Assembly (NCBI GenBank): GCA_964390595.1
Contig: CAYMIA010000002.1
Location: 27,686-91,685 of the forward strand
DNA length: 64,000 nucleotides
From: an uncultured Gammaproteobacteria bacterium
Lineage (GTDB): Bacteria; Patescibacteriota; Microgenomatia; Daviesbacterales; UBA10151
Direction: 5' to 3'
Shown here one piece after another: positions 37,748 to 48,020 of this stretch. The notes beneath the pieces are model-generated. The model made no database searches. It was not told the DNA's origin and was given only the letters and a program-made list of their open reading frames with translations. The position numbers and the translations under genes were made by a program. Every line of letters begins with the position of its first letter. The stretch's first letter is position 1.

Positions 37748-39028
37748 ATGAATTTAAAAAACAAAATCAAATCACCCTTCAGATTTATTCAAAGCACTAG
37801 TGACACTCAACTGGTCAGATTTGAAAAAGATCATTTAAAAGAGGTCACCTCCAAACAAGGTTCTAGCTTCAGACTGGAGGTCATCGATAAAAATCAGATC
37901 GGCACTGCTTCCATTAATCAGCCAGATGTTGATGAACTGATCAAAAGAGCGGTCTACTCAGCCAAATTTGGTGATAAAGCTGGATATGAATATCCAAAAA
38001 GTCAAAAATTAGTTTCTCAAACAAAATTATTTTCGCCCAAAGTTAAAAGTGTTACCCCCGAAGAGTTAATGCAAACAGGTAAATTTTTAATCAACTCTTT
38101 AAAAGAGATCAACCCGCAAATTCTAGTTGATGTGCGGTTGAGCCGGTCAACCGGAGAGTCTTTTTTAGAGATCTCGGGCGCTTCAGCTCAAAAAGTTGAT
38201 GAAACTTCATTATCAATTATGATGGAAGGGGAGCTGGTCAGCGAAGGAGACATCTTGTCAATTGGCGATTACTTCGGTTGGAGAGACCATACCTTTGACC
38301 CTGAAAACTTTGCCAAGGGTTTGAAGAACCGTTTCAATTTGGCTAAAAAAATTGTCACCTTGCCAAGCGGTAGCTATCCTGTTATTTTCAGTGAAGACGC
38401 CCTCTCCACAGTTTTGGATTTTCTGATTACCGCCACCTCAGCCGAGTCAGTTTATAAAAAGGTCTCCCGCTTTAGCAATGACTTAGAAAAACCAGTCGCT
38501 GATCCCAGGTTTAGTTTGTTGGATGATCCAACTATCGATTTTGCTGAGGGGTCCTCTGATTTTGATGACGAAGGATCCCCTTCCAAGCCGCTGCCAATAA
38601 TTGAAAATGGAGTGCTGAAAAACTTCTACACTGATTTAAAAAATGCCACCCGTCTAAAAATTTCTCCCAACGGCCGGGGTTTTGGTATACCAGCCTCACC
38701 ATCGCTAACAAATACAATTATTAGTCCAGGCCAAAAGACCTCAGCCGAGTTGATTAAAAATATTAAACACGGGTTGCTGATCGAACAGGTGATTGGTGGG
38801 GGTCAAGATAGTCCTTATGCTGGAGATTTTAGCTTAAATATCCATCTCGGATTTTTGATCAAAGATGGCCAGATAGTTGGTCGGGTTAAAAATGCCATGA
38901 TCTCTGGCAATATCTTCGAGATGATCAAAAATAAACTGGCTGAAATTAGCTCTGATGTGAAATGGTATGGGGGGAGTCAACTGTTGCCTCAGATCCAATT
39001 TGAGGGTATAACTATTGTAGTAAGTTAA
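37748..39028 (+). CDS. pmbA: PmbA/TldE-family protein
   Basis: FDDEG, GDFS, MISGN; no HExxH; adjacent to tldD. Confidence 0.9.
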   Translation: MNLKNKIKSPFRFIQSTSDTQLVRFEKDHLKEVTSKQGSSFRLEVIDKNQIGTASINQPDVDELIKRAVYSAKFGDKAGYEYPKSQKLVSQTKLFSPKVKSVTPEELMQTGKFLINSLKEINPQILVDVRLSRSTGESFLEISGASAQKVDETSLSIMMEGELVSEGDILSIGDYFGWRDHTFDPENFAKGLKNRFNLAKKIVTLPSGSYPVIFSEDALSTVLDFLITATSAESVYKKVSRFSNDLEKPVADPRFSLLDDPTIDFAEGSSDFDDEGSPSKPLPIIENGVLKNFYTDLKNATRLKISPNGRGFGIPASPSLTNTIISPGQKTSAELIKNIKHGLLIEQVIGGGQDSPYAGDFSLNIHLGFLIKDGQIVGRVKNAMISGNIFEMIKNKLAEISSDVKWYGGSQLLPQIQFEGITIVVS

Positions 39029-39029
39029 A

Positions 39030-39680
39030 ATGACTTCTGCCTCAAAAAAGACCGGTCAATCTCAACTTTTTCATATTTTAGTAATTATAGCCACTGTCTC
39101 ATTTGCTATTCTAACTTTTTTTGCCAAACAAAGCTCCTTTTTTTACTTTGATCTAGTCGTCACGAGATCAATCCAATCATTTAATGCGCCCTGGTTTGAT
39201 AGTTTGATGAGATTTATGAGTCAGATTGGTGACTGGCCTAACTGGGCGTTTGTTTTGTCAATTATCACCGCAATTTTCTGGTATAAAAAAATGATCAAAC
39301 CAGGTTACTTTCTTTTTGTATCAGTTTTGGGTGGACTGGTTTTAAGTGAGCTATTTAAAACTCTGGTTGGACGAGTCAGGCCTGATCCCAATTTAATTCA
39401 TCAACTCGCTCACTTTATTAGATCAGATAGCTTTCCTTCCGGTCATGTCATGTTCGCCACTACCTTATTTGGCTTTTTACTGTTTGATTCAGTCACCCAT
39501 CCAAGAAAAACACCTATATACTATATACTAAATACTATATACTTAATTCTCATCCCAATGATGGGTCTATCCAGAATCTATTTAGGGGCTCATTGGTTCT
39601 CCGATGTGCTGGGGGCTTATCTGTTAGCCTTTTTATGGCTCTCTCTAGTAGTCTTTATCTCCCACCGGTTTAAAGCTTGA
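39030..39680 (+). CDS. PAP2-family membrane phosphatase
   Basis: K-x6-RP, SFPSGH, SRIYLGAHWFSD. Confidence 0.93.
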   Translation: MTSASKKTGQSQLFHILVIIATVSFAILTFFAKQSSFFYFDLVVTRSIQSFNAPWFDSLMRFMSQIGDWPNWAFVLSIITAIFWYKKMIKPGYFLFVSVLGGLVLSELFKTLVGRVRPDPNLIHQLAHFIRSDSFPSGHVMFATTLFGFLLFDSVTHPRKTPIYYILNTIYLILIPMMGLSRIYLGAHWFSDVLGAYLLAFLWLSLVVFISHRFKA

Positions 39681-39726
39681 CTGCAGTCTTAGCCTTCCTT
39701 TATGCTGAAGGTAGTATAAAACTCTC

Positions 39727-41091
39727 ATGCCTGAAGATTTCCTAGAAAAAGTTGCTGAAGCTCCCGCAGTCATGTTGGAAAAAACGCTCTCTGCCTCTGA
39801 TGATATTAACAAAGCCATCAACAAGCACGCCCATATCAAAAAAGCCAAAGCTTTTTGGCACAACCTAGGTCCAGGACTGACAACAGGTGCCGCTGATGAT
39901 GACCCCTCTGGTATCGCTACCTACTCTCAAACCGGTGCCCAATATGGTTTTCAGCTACTTTGGCTCGCCCTGTTTACCTTCCCCTTTATGTCTTTTGTGC
40001 AAGAGATGTGTGCCCGGATTGGTATGGTCACCGGCGAAGGATTAGCTCACAACATCCGGAAGTTTTTTCCGAGGTGGGTTCTGTATACTTGTACTTCACT
40101 TTTGTTTATCGCCAACACGCTAAATCTAGGGGCTGATTTGGGAGCGATGGCCAAAGCCGCTGAGCTTTTAATCAAAGTCCCAAATTCAGTTGTCCTGATC
40201 GCCTTTGCAGTCATCACTCTGGGGTTACAGATTTTTACTACCTATGATAACTTCGCTAAGTATTTAAAATATTTAGCGTTGGTTTTAATCTCTTATATCT
40301 TAACTGCCTTAGTAGTTGATCTGGATTGGCAACAGGTTTTTACCCACACTGTGGTACCCTCAATAACTTTTTCCAAAGATCAAATCGTTTTAGTTTGTGC
40401 CATCTTAGGTACGACGATCTCACCTTATCTGTTTTTCTGGCAAACTTCCCAAGAAGTTGAAGAAGAGATTATGGAGGGTAAGTTAACTGCCGCACAAAGG
40501 CAAGAGATCACACCCAAAGATGTTAAAAATATGCGCCTGGATGTTTGGACTGGCATGTTTGTCTCCAATCTAGTCATGTTCTTTATTATCGCGACTACCG
40601 CGGCCACGCTCTTTTCTCATGGGATTCACAACATTAGCAGCGCCGCTGATGCAGCTGAAGCCCTCAGACCCTTAGCTGGGGATAACGCCTATTTGCTCTT
40701 TACCCTAGGAATTATTGGAACTGGTTTACTTGCTGTCCCGGTTTTGGCTGGTTCAGCCAGCTATGCACTTTCTGAGAGTTTAGGCTGGAAATTTGGCCTT
40801 TACCGCAAACTCAAACAGGCCTCAGCTTTTTATGGAGTTATTATCATCTCTACTTTAATCGGTTTGGTCATTAACTTCATCGGTATTGATCCAATTAAAG
40901 CTTTAATCTATTCAGCAGTCGCCAATGGTTTGGTCGCCCCAGTGGTTTTGGTTCTGATAGTTCTAATTAGTAGCAATAAAAAGGTGATGGGGAAGTGGGT
41001 CAATCATCCAGTGGTCACCGGTTTAGGTTGGGCGATTACCCTCTTGATGATTATGGCTGGTGCCGCTACAATATGGGCACTATTCAGCTAA
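39727..41091 (+). CDS. NRAMP-family divalent metal transporter
   Basis: LGPGLTTGAADDDPSGIATYS, GTTISPYLFFWQ. Confidence 0.92.
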   Translation: MPEDFLEKVAEAPAVMLEKTLSASDDINKAINKHAHIKKAKAFWHNLGPGLTTGAADDDPSGIATYSQTGAQYGFQLLWLALFTFPFMSFVQEMCARIGMVTGEGLAHNIRKFFPRWVLYTCTSLLFIANTLNLGADLGAMAKAAELLIKVPNSVVLIAFAVITLGLQIFTTYDNFAKYLKYLALVLISYILTALVVDLDWQQVFTHTVVPSITFSKDQIVLVCAILGTTISPYLFFWQTSQEVEEEIMEGKLTAAQRQEITPKDVKNMRLDVWTGMFVSNLVMFFIIATTAATLFSHGIHNISSAADAAEALRPLAGDNAYLLFTLGIIGTGLLAVPVLAGSASYALSESLGWKFGLYRKLKQASAFYGVIIISTLIGLVINFIGIDPIKALIYSAVANGLVAPVVLVLIVLISSNKKVMGKWVNHPVVTGLGWAITLLMIMAGAATIWALFS

Positions 41092-41190
41092 AATTTGGAA
41101 ATTACAAATACCAAATTACAAATTCCAAATGAATTCAAAATTTCAAATTCTAAAATTGGACATTGATTTGACATTTGATATTTGAACTTT
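41091..41190. repeat. Heptamer arrays (AAATTNC-type) with an inverted arm
   Basis: aaattac|aaatacc|aaattac|aaattcc|aaatgaa ... aaatttc|aaattct ... tttgaca|tttgata|tttgaac. Confidence 0.8.
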
Positions 41191-41207
41191 ATAATTATGT
41201 TAATCAC

Positions 41208-41942
41208 ATGAGGCCATTATTTTACATCTTCGCCAGTATCGTCTTTTTCTTTTTTGTGATGTTTGTTTACATCAAACTGGCGGGTCCTATTCCGTTTTCT
41301 GTTAACTCGGTTACCACGACTAAGTCTGATGCCTTCACTGTAACTGGGGAAGGCAAGTCAAGTATCACTCCCAATCAAGCCACGGTTAGTGTGGGAGTGC
41401 AGGCCAAAGGAGACTCCGCGGAACAGGTCAAAAACCAGATGAATCTAACAATTAATAAAGTGACCGATGCCATCAAAGCCTTAGGGATTGATTCCAAAGA
41501 TATTCAGACCAGTAATTTTAATGTCAGTCCCAGCTATGATTATCCAGCTGGGGTTCAAAAAATTAATGGTTATATGGCCAGCACTAACTTAACTGTTAAA
41601 GTGCATGAAATAAGCAAGGCCAATCAAGTTTTAGATACTGCCATAGCAAATGGAGCCACTCAAGCTGGGGGAGTTCAGCTAGATAACTCCGATCAAACCC
41701 AAGCTGAATCAGAAGCTAGAACTCAGGCCATTGCCAATGCTAAGAAAAAAGCTGAAGCCACAGCCAAAGCCGCTGGTTTTAGATTGGGAAAATTAATTAA
41801 CTACTCAGAAGGGGGTAGTCCAATTAGGCCTTATGCACTGGATAAAGCAGTTAATTCATCTGCGGGATCTGCTCCCACTCAAATTGAACCTGGCCAAAAT
41901 GAAATTACCGTTACTGTCAACTTAAGCTACGAAATCAATTAA
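41208..41942 (+). CDS. SIMPL/DUF541 domain protein
   Basis: N-terminal TM segment, VTGEG, DIQTSNF..P.Y, AIANAKKKA, IEPGQ. Confidence 0.9.
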   Translation: MRPLFYIFASIVFFFFVMFVYIKLAGPIPFSVNSVTTTKSDAFTVTGEGKSSITPNQATVSVGVQAKGDSAEQVKNQMNLTINKVTDAIKALGIDSKDIQTSNFNVSPSYDYPAGVQKINGYMASTNLTVKVHEISKANQVLDTAIANGATQAGGVQLDNSDQTQAESEARTQAIANAKKKAEATAKAAGFRLGKLINYSEGGSPIRPYALDKAVNSSAGSAPTQIEPGQNEITVTVNLSYEIN

Positions 41943-42316
41943 TCTTTATCCGCCCAAACTTGTCTAGCTGCCCAAAAAGATAGATGTTCCAATGTTCCAT
42001 GCGCGAGATTTCTATCTTTAGCCTTCTTGGCTGCTAATGCATGAGCGATATCAACCTTCTGGTACTTGCTGATAATTCCTTCCTCCACTAACCTTTGTAG
42101 GCCATAAGCAAACGCTGCTCTTAAAACCCATCTATCCTCTGGGTCAACTCTTTCTCTGGCTTGAGTGACCGATTTCATCGTACCATCAGGAATCTTTGGA
42201 GAGGTGCTATCCAAAGTCATGTCTACATCTCGGGCAATATAAAATGCAGCTGCCTGGGCTGAGTTGGTCACTGCTTCAGTTCGTTCAAAATGACGCATTT
42301 GTGTAGTATAGCACAA
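41939..42316 (-). CDS. Hypothetical protein
   Basis: 125-aa ORF; start probably at the second Met. Confidence 0.55.
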   Translation of the reverse strand: MCYTTQMRHFERTEAVTNSAQAAAFYIARDVDMTLDSTSPKIPDGTMKSVTQARERVDPEDRWVLRAAFAYGLQRLVEEGIISKYQKVDIAHALAAKKAKDRNLAHGTLEHLSFWAARQVWADKD

Positions 42317-42371
42317 AGATAAGCCCCAAAAAGTGCATTCGATTCTGACTTAAGTTAAAATAATCAAGTTT

Positions 42372-43313
42372 ATGCAGAATTTTTGGAAAAAATTAAATCA
42401 ACCTTTTTTTGTCCTGGCACCAATGGATGATGTCACCGACGTTGTCTTTCGTGAAATGGTTACCAAACATAATAAACCAGATGTTTTGTTCACTGAATTT
42501 ACTAGCACCGATGGCCTCTGTTCAACTGGTTTTGAAACGGTTTCCAGACGTTTAATGAAAACGGAGTCTCAACACCCAATTGTGGCTCAAATCTGGGGCA
42601 ATAATCCAGAAAGTTATTTTAAATCCGCTCAAATTATTCAGAAAATGGGCTTTGATGGAATTGATATTAATATGGGCTGTCCAGATAAAGATGTCATACA
42701 TAAAGGTCAGTGCAGTGCATTAATCGCTAACCCTGATCTGGCAAAAAAATTAATTACAGCTACCAAAAAAGGTGCTTCTGACATTCCAGTTTCTGTTAAA
42801 ACTAGAATCGGTTTAAGAGAAGTTCAAACAGATGAATGGATCACTTTTTTATTAAAGCAAAATCTAGCCGCGGTCACTGTGCATGGACGAACTGCTAAAC
42901 AGATGTCCAAGGTTCCTGCTGATTGGGCAGAAATTAAAAAAGCGGTCGAGCTAAGAGATCAAATTTCCCCTGCAACAGTGATCATTGGTAATGGCGATGT
43001 CCTGAGTCTAGAGGAGGGGAGAGCAAGAGTTAAGGAAACTGGAGTTGATGGGATTATGATTGGCCGGGGCATCTTTCACGATCCCTGGATCTTTCATCCC
43101 AATGAAAATGTCACTCTAAAGAATCGGTTAGACCTGCTCTTAGAACATACTAAGCTCTTTGTCCAAACTTGGGGTAACACCAAAAACTTTGCTATTATGA
43201 AAAAGTTTTTTAAAATGTACATCAATGGTTTTGATGGCGCCTCAGATATAAGAATCAAATTAATGGAATGCCAAAACTTAAGTGAAGTAGAAACAGTAGT
43301 CAAATCATTATGA
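42372..43313 (+). CDS. dus: tRNA-dihydrouridine synthase
   Basis: LAPMDDVTD, DINMGCP, SVKTRIG, VHGRT, GNGD, MIGRG. Confidence 0.96.
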   Translation: MQNFWKKLNQPFFVLAPMDDVTDVVFREMVTKHNKPDVLFTEFTSTDGLCSTGFETVSRRLMKTESQHPIVAQIWGNNPESYFKSAQIIQKMGFDGIDINMGCPDKDVIHKGQCSALIANPDLAKKLITATKKGASDIPVSVKTRIGLREVQTDEWITFLLKQNLAAVTVHGRTAKQMSKVPADWAEIKKAVELRDQISPATVIIGNGDVLSLEEGRARVKETGVDGIMIGRGIFHDPWIFHPNENVTLKNRLDLLLEHTKLFVQTWGNTKNFAIMKKFFKMYINGFDGASDIRIKLMECQNLSEVETVVKSL

Positions 43314-44143
43314 AGATTGTTGAATATGACAGGGAGAGTTGGCGGGCAAGTCAACCAGTCGAAATTTTTAGAAATTATTTAATTAAGCCGAGTGACAGCG
43401 AGTTGCTTTTTTTCAGTGATGCCCTAAAACAAATAATTTCTGAATCAGGTCATGATATTAAAACTGACTCCATCTCTTGGAAAGATAATAGTCATGAATT
43501 TTTAGATAAACTCTACCGTCAATTAAGTGTCATATTTTGGGCATTAAATGGAGACTTAACAGATAAAACAGTTCTCGATTTAGGTTGCGGAAGCACTCTT
43601 GGTTCAGTTGATATAAAAGAGTATGGCTATACATTTGAGCCTTGGACCTGTCGGGTGCTACATTTAATGGGAGTTAGAACTATTGGAGTTGATGTTGGTG
43701 ATTTGTCAAAAGAAAAATTTGAAACACACTTCCCGGTCGATTTAAGAGATCCTGACGCCTTGATTTTTTTACCAGATGCTAGCGTAGATTTAGTTCATTC
43801 CTCTCAACTGTATACCTCTCCTGAATTAGAAAGACGATCAAGAGGTTTTGTGATGACTTATGGATCAATGGATGCTGGAGAAAGTTTAGCCAAAAATTTG
43901 CTTCCTCAAATCGGACGGGTGTTAAAACCTGACAGACTTTATGTTTATTATGAAAATACCGATTATTTAAAACCCTATCAGCACCTCTGGAACGATGAAC
44001 CCCTCCGTTTTAAAACTATTGACGGATATGGAAAACACTTATCACTAGATGAGCTAGTTGAAACCTATCTGGCTGGTGGTGTAACAACTGGTTCGAAGTT
44101 GCAAGCTCTCTCAATTGCTAAAGGTAAACAAAAACTTGAGTAA
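43310..44143 (+). CDS. Class I SAM-dependent methyltransferase-like protein
   Basis: VLDLGCG, IGVD, DASVDLV, RVLKP. Confidence 0.8.
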   Translation: MKIVEYDRESWRASQPVEIFRNYLIKPSDSELLFFSDALKQIISESGHDIKTDSISWKDNSHEFLDKLYRQLSVIFWALNGDLTDKTVLDLGCGSTLGSVDIKEYGYTFEPWTCRVLHLMGVRTIGVDVGDLSKEKFETHFPVDLRDPDALIFLPDASVDLVHSSQLYTSPELERRSRGFVMTYGSMDAGESLAKNLLPQIGRVLKPDRLYVYYENTDYLKPYQHLWNDEPLRFKTIDGYGKHLSLDELVETYLAGGVTTGSKLQALSIAKGKQKLE

Positions 44144-44877
44144 GGCTTAAAAGATTTTAGTTCAGCTTCAGCTCTGGCGTAGTTCCGCTTAACATTTAAG
44201 TGAGCAACTTCGTAGTTGAAGCGGTATGATGGCTCACCATTCTCAATTGAAAAAGTAAAATTTTGCCTCGGATATTTCGAACGCCCAGGTTCGGGTTGAG
44301 GGAAAAAAGCCCCATCTTTAGCGGTCTGGTGTACATTCCGGATACTACAGGTGGTTGGATCCAGATCAATTAAAGTTGTCAGCAGTGTTGACCGGTTTTG
44401 TCTGGCGTTAAACCGAATAAATAAACCAATCATCTCGCCCAGATCTGGAGTAGTCATTATACCAACCATATAATAAGGAAAATCTGAGGGAATTATCTCA
44501 TAAGGTTGCTTAAATGTACCGCCATTTTTCGAAGTTCTCTCACGCTGATGGGTCACTTTATTGGCTGGAGTAATCTCTAAGTGCTTTCTTCCAGAGACCA
44601 AGCTAGTGATCCACAAGTTATAGGAATGTCCAAATTCCAAATTATGTACTAAAGGGTGCTGGGAGCGATGATTATAAAGACTGATATCTATTGGCGTGCT
44701 AGTTTCGGGATACTTTAGGGGAAGGCCTCCTAAAGTCCTTGAGTTATGAGATGCGATTAACACAAGCAAGGGAGGCTCTGGTAATAAATCAGTTAAACCT
44801 TGCCACCAAGCTTGCAAAGTAGCATAACCATCTTTTAGCTTTTGATCAATTTCGGCTCTTTCTTCAATTTGGCCCAT
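44065..44877 (-). CDS. Hypothetical protein
   Basis: 270-aa ORF. Confidence 0.65.
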   Translation of the reverse strand: MGQIEERAEIDQKLKDGYATLQAWWQGLTDLLPEPPLLVLIASHNSRTLGGLPLKYPETSTPIDISLYNHRSQHPLVHNLEFGHSYNLWITSLVSGRKHLEITPANKVTHQRERTSKNGGTFKQPYEIIPSDFPYYMVGIMTTPDLGEMIGLFIRFNARQNRSTLLTTLIDLDPTTCSIRNVHQTAKDGAFFPQPEPGRSKYPRQNFTFSIENGEPSYRFNYEVAHLNVKRNYARAEAELKSFKPYSSFCLPLAIERACNFEPVVTPPAR

Positions 44878-44917
44878 AAGACTACTGTATTGTAATCAAA
44901 CCAAGCAAAAAAGCAAG

Positions 44918-45331
44918 CTAAAGACTTAGGAAAAAAATTGCAGTCACTGATAATACCAGTCCAATAATTTTGGTAACAGTTAATGATTCATGTAAAAAAA
45001 TTAAAGCTAGTGCTACTGCAAAGGCTGGATAGAGCGCTGTTAAAGGCAACACTGAGGATAGATCGCTTTTCAGAAGCAAGAAATAATAAAACACCAGAGC
45101 CAGAATTGATAAAGCCGAGGCCAGCATCAAAAAAATCAATCCTTGCCTGTCAAATCCAAATCTGCCAGATAAAAAGATTAAGAAATATATCAGTAGTCCT
45201 GGTGTAAATCCCAAAAACCACAACACAATCCCAGGATTTCCCAACTTATCTGCAGTTAGCTTGTCAAAGAAAGCTGAAGTCCCCCAAAAAACAATCACCA
45301 ATATTCCAAACAGTAAAGCCATTGGATTCAT
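44918..45331 (-). CDS. EamA/DMT-family small membrane transporter
   Basis: Five TM segments, FWG, V.PLTALYP, FLHE. Confidence 0.85.
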   Translation of the reverse strand: MNPMALLFGILVIVFWGTSAFFDKLTADKLGNPGIVLWFLGFTPGLLIYFLIFLSGRFGFDRQGLIFLMLASALSILALVFYYFLLLKSDLSSVLPLTALYPAFAVALALIFLHESLTVTKIIGLVLSVTAIFFLSL

Positions 45332-45729
45332 GAAGAAATTACGGCGCGGGGTTTGCCCTCGAGAATCTTTTTAACTTGCTCAATGATTTGATCTGGATTA
45401 TAAGCGGATTTAATTAAATAGCCATCTGCCCCAATACGAAAACCCTCCTTAATAATATTATCTGCTCCTAAATTTGTCAGTAGAACGACTTTCATACTTT
45501 TTTTAGTTTCATCACCTTTGACCTTTTTTAAAATCTCCAGACCATTGGTGTCTGGCAGCATAATATCTAGTAACAGCAAATCATAAGTATTGGCAGCCAA
45601 CTTCTCATATCCCTCCTTGCCAGTTCCGACTGCATCAATAACAAAGCCAGCTCTTTGAATATCACTGGCATATAAATCTCGAATAAACTCCTCGTCCTCA
45701 ATCAGTAAGATCTTTTTTTGTGGTTGCAT
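45328..45729 (-). CDS. Single-domain response regulator
   Basis: ILLIEDE, LLDIMLP, LTN, IKS. Confidence 0.93.
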   Translation of the reverse strand: MQPQKKILLIEDEEFIRDLYASDIQRAGFVIDAVGTGKEGYEKLAANTYDLLLLDIMLPDTNGLEILKKVKGDETKKSMKVVLLTNLGADNIIKEGFRIGADGYLIKSAYNPDQIIEQVKKILEGKPRAVISS

Positions 45730-45749
45730 ATCTTGAGTATACTCGGACC

Positions 45750-46169
45750 TCAATCAGTATTCAACTGACTGTAATCCATTTTAAAATTTGGATCAATTAA
45801 TAACTTTTGGGCGATTTCCAGCAGCTGTTTAGGTTTTAAACGCACTTTCATGATATATCCTTGGGCCCCTAAATCGTAGGCCTTCTTGACGATCTCAGCT
45901 TGCCCCAAATTAGTTAGTAAAATTACCGGAATATCTTTAGTTTCCGGATCTTTTTTAAGACGCTCTAAAACTTCTAGTCCATTAATATAGGGCAGCATAA
46001 TATCTAAAAAAATCAAATTAGGATGCTCGCGGGCCAGCATCAAAGCCTCATGGCCATCAGCTGCCGGGACTACCTCTATCCCACCGCTTTTGAAGATGTC
46101 TTGATACAACTCTCTAACGTACATCTCATCCTCGATTAAAAGGATTTTTTTGCCTATGAAGTCATTCAT
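45750..46169 (-). CDS. Single-domain response regulator
   Basis: ILLIEDE, FLDIMLP, LTN; start at ATG 46169. Confidence 0.93.
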   Translation of the reverse strand: MNDFIGKKILLIEDEMYVRELYQDIFKSGGIEVVPAADGHEALMLAREHPNLIFLDIMLPYINGLEVLERLKKDPETKDIPVILLTNLGQAEIVKKAYDLGAQGYIMKVRLKPKQLLEIAQKLLIDPNFKMDYSQLNTD

Positions 46170-47331
46170 TGATAGGAGCCATTTTCTGGTTGGTTGAAAT
46201 TGGCAGAGAGAAACTAAAAGTTGAGCCCTTACCATACTCAGATTGAACCCAGATCTTGCCTAAATGCATATCGACAATTGATTTAGCGATATAAAGTCCG
46301 AGTCCGGTCCCCTTACTCCCTTGTTCGAGCTCCCCGGAAACTCTAAAAAACTTAGTGAACATATGTGGTATAGCCTCAGCAGGGATGCCCTCACCAGTGT
46401 CTTTAACATGAGTAATCAGATAGCCATCTTTTTCCTCAAAAAAGACAGAGATCGACCCACCTGGTTTAGTATATTGAACCGCGTTTGATAATAAATTATT
46501 TAACACTTCATTGATCCTAAATTTATCGGCATTAACCCGGGTCCCAACATCCGGCGGATCTTGAATAGTTAAATCCAAATGCTTTTCTGTCGCTTGGACC
46601 TTTAGCTCAGCAACTACTTCTTTAACATTTTCTAACCAAGGTAGCGGTTCAATATGGATAGTTAAAGCCCCCCGCTCAATTCTGGTCACGTTTAGTAAGT
46701 TCTCTACCAATGACAAAATCCGCTGAGATGAAATATCAATCCGGTTCAGTATTTTAACTTGAGTGGTGTCTAAAGTGGTCCGGTAATCACGCATAAAGAC
46801 ATAAACATAGCCCCTCAAAGAAGTGAGTGGCGTTCTCAGCTCGTGAGCCGCCATCGACACAAAATCCAATTTCATCTGTTCTAACTGTTTCTCTTCAGTT
46901 ATGTCGTGAAAAAATAAGATATTTCCTAAATTAGCTGCTTGGCTGCCAGGCACATGAGTAGTCGTTAAATTAACATAGAACTCCCGGTTATTTGAGCCAA
47001 CTAATTTGACCCCTTCTAGATTATTCTTACCGTCCGTATCATCTGCCGAAATTGTACAAAACTCAGTTGCTGGAATCCGTTCAGCTCCTCTGAACATAGC
47101 AATGACTTCATCGATTGATTTGCCAATCACCTCCTCGGCCCGGTAACCAATTAACTGCTCCGCCGCAGTATTTAGCGTCACAATCTGACAAAGCGGGTCA
47201 ACTGCGATCACCGCATCTTCTATCGCTGAAAGAATCAAAGACAGTTGGTTTTTTTGAACCGATAGTTCATCTAGTGAAGTATGTGGCAGGTTAGATTTAG
47301 AAAACCAAAACATCTCACTCTTATGATACAA
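46162..47331 (-). CDS. Cytoplasmic PAS-domain histidine kinase
   Basis: PAS region, AAHELRTPL, NAVQY, DTGEG, GTGLGL. Confidence 0.95.
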   Translation of the reverse strand: MYHKSEMFWFSKSNLPHTSLDELSVQKNQLSLILSAIEDAVIAVDPLCQIVTLNTAAEQLIGYRAEEVIGKSIDEVIAMFRGAERIPATEFCTISADDTDGKNNLEGVKLVGSNNREFYVNLTTTHVPGSQAANLGNILFFHDITEEKQLEQMKLDFVSMAAHELRTPLTSLRGYVYVFMRDYRTTLDTTQVKILNRIDISSQRILSLVENLLNVTRIERGALTIHIEPLPWLENVKEVVAELKVQATEKHLDLTIQDPPDVGTRVNADKFRINEVLNNLLSNAVQYTKPGGSISVFFEEKDGYLITHVKDTGEGIPAEAIPHMFTKFFRVSGELEQGSKGTGLGLYIAKSIVDMHLGKIWVQSEYGKGSTFSFSLPISTNQKMAPINE

Positions 47332-47408
47332 ACTTGAGCGGCTGTTGTCACTAGTATTTTAGATGTCAAGACTACAAATTTTAAAAAAGGTTGTGTAAAA
47401 TCTTCTCC

Positions 47409-47744
47409 ATGACTAAACAAACTGTTAAATTTAAATTTGAAGATATCAAGGAAGGATCAGGAGAAGAAGTACATGGGGGAGATTATATTCTAATCCATTA
47501 CAGGGGCACTTTAGAAGATGGGACTACATTTGATAGTAGTTATGACCGTGGTGAGCCATTCCGCACCCGGATTGGAGTGGGACAGGTGATTGATGGTTGG
47601 GATATGGGAGTAATAGGCATGAAAGTTGGTGGTAAAAGAAAGTTGACGATTCCTCCCACCCTGGCTTATGGCGACAAAGAAATGGGCTTAATTCCCCCTA
47701 ACGCCACCTTAATTTTTGAGGTTGAATTAGTCGCTATTGAATAA
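47409..47744 (+). CDS. FKBP-type peptidyl-prolyl isomerase
   Basis: HYRGTL, FDSS, VIDGWD, IPPNATLIFEVEL. Confidence 0.97.
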   Translation: MTKQTVKFKFEDIKEGSGEEVHGGDYILIHYRGTLEDGTTFDSSYDRGEPFRTRIGVGQVIDGWDMGVIGMKVGGKRKLTIPPTLAYGDKEMGLIPPNATLIFEVELVAIE

Positions 47745-47828
47745 ATCTACTTCTTAGACCATTCTTACTCTTCCCTGACCCCATTTTTAATCAAAAAAGC
47801 TAAAGTGTTGCATAAGGAGGTGAGGTAT

Positions 47829-47987
47829 ATGCCAAGAACAAAAAGTTCTAAAAACCAGAAAAGTCGATCTTACGCTCATGATATCAGACGGAAAGAAAAA
47901 AGGACTAAAAAACCCAGAATAGGCGAGAAGATAGAACAGATCAAAGACCAAACTGATGATACCTGGGATAAGTTATGGGATTGGTAA
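47829..47987 (+). CDS. Small basic hypothetical protein
   Basis: Strong SD (AAGGAGGTGA) before ATG 47829. Confidence 0.55.
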   Translation: MPRTKSSKNQKSRSYAHDIRRKEKRTKKPRIGEKIEQIKDQTDDTWDKLWDW

Positions 47988-48020
47988 GCCAACTGCCCTC
48001 GATTTTGATATAATCATCCG

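Noticed and set aside
804-41190. Short tandem repeats and palindromes as a CRISPR array
   Set aside because: No 25-45-bp repeats with unique spacers and no cas genes are present.
44065-44143. 79-nt convergent overlap between the methyltransferase and the hypothetical gene
   Set aside because: Most simply explained by stop-codon drift in poorly conserved tails; nothing indicates a function.
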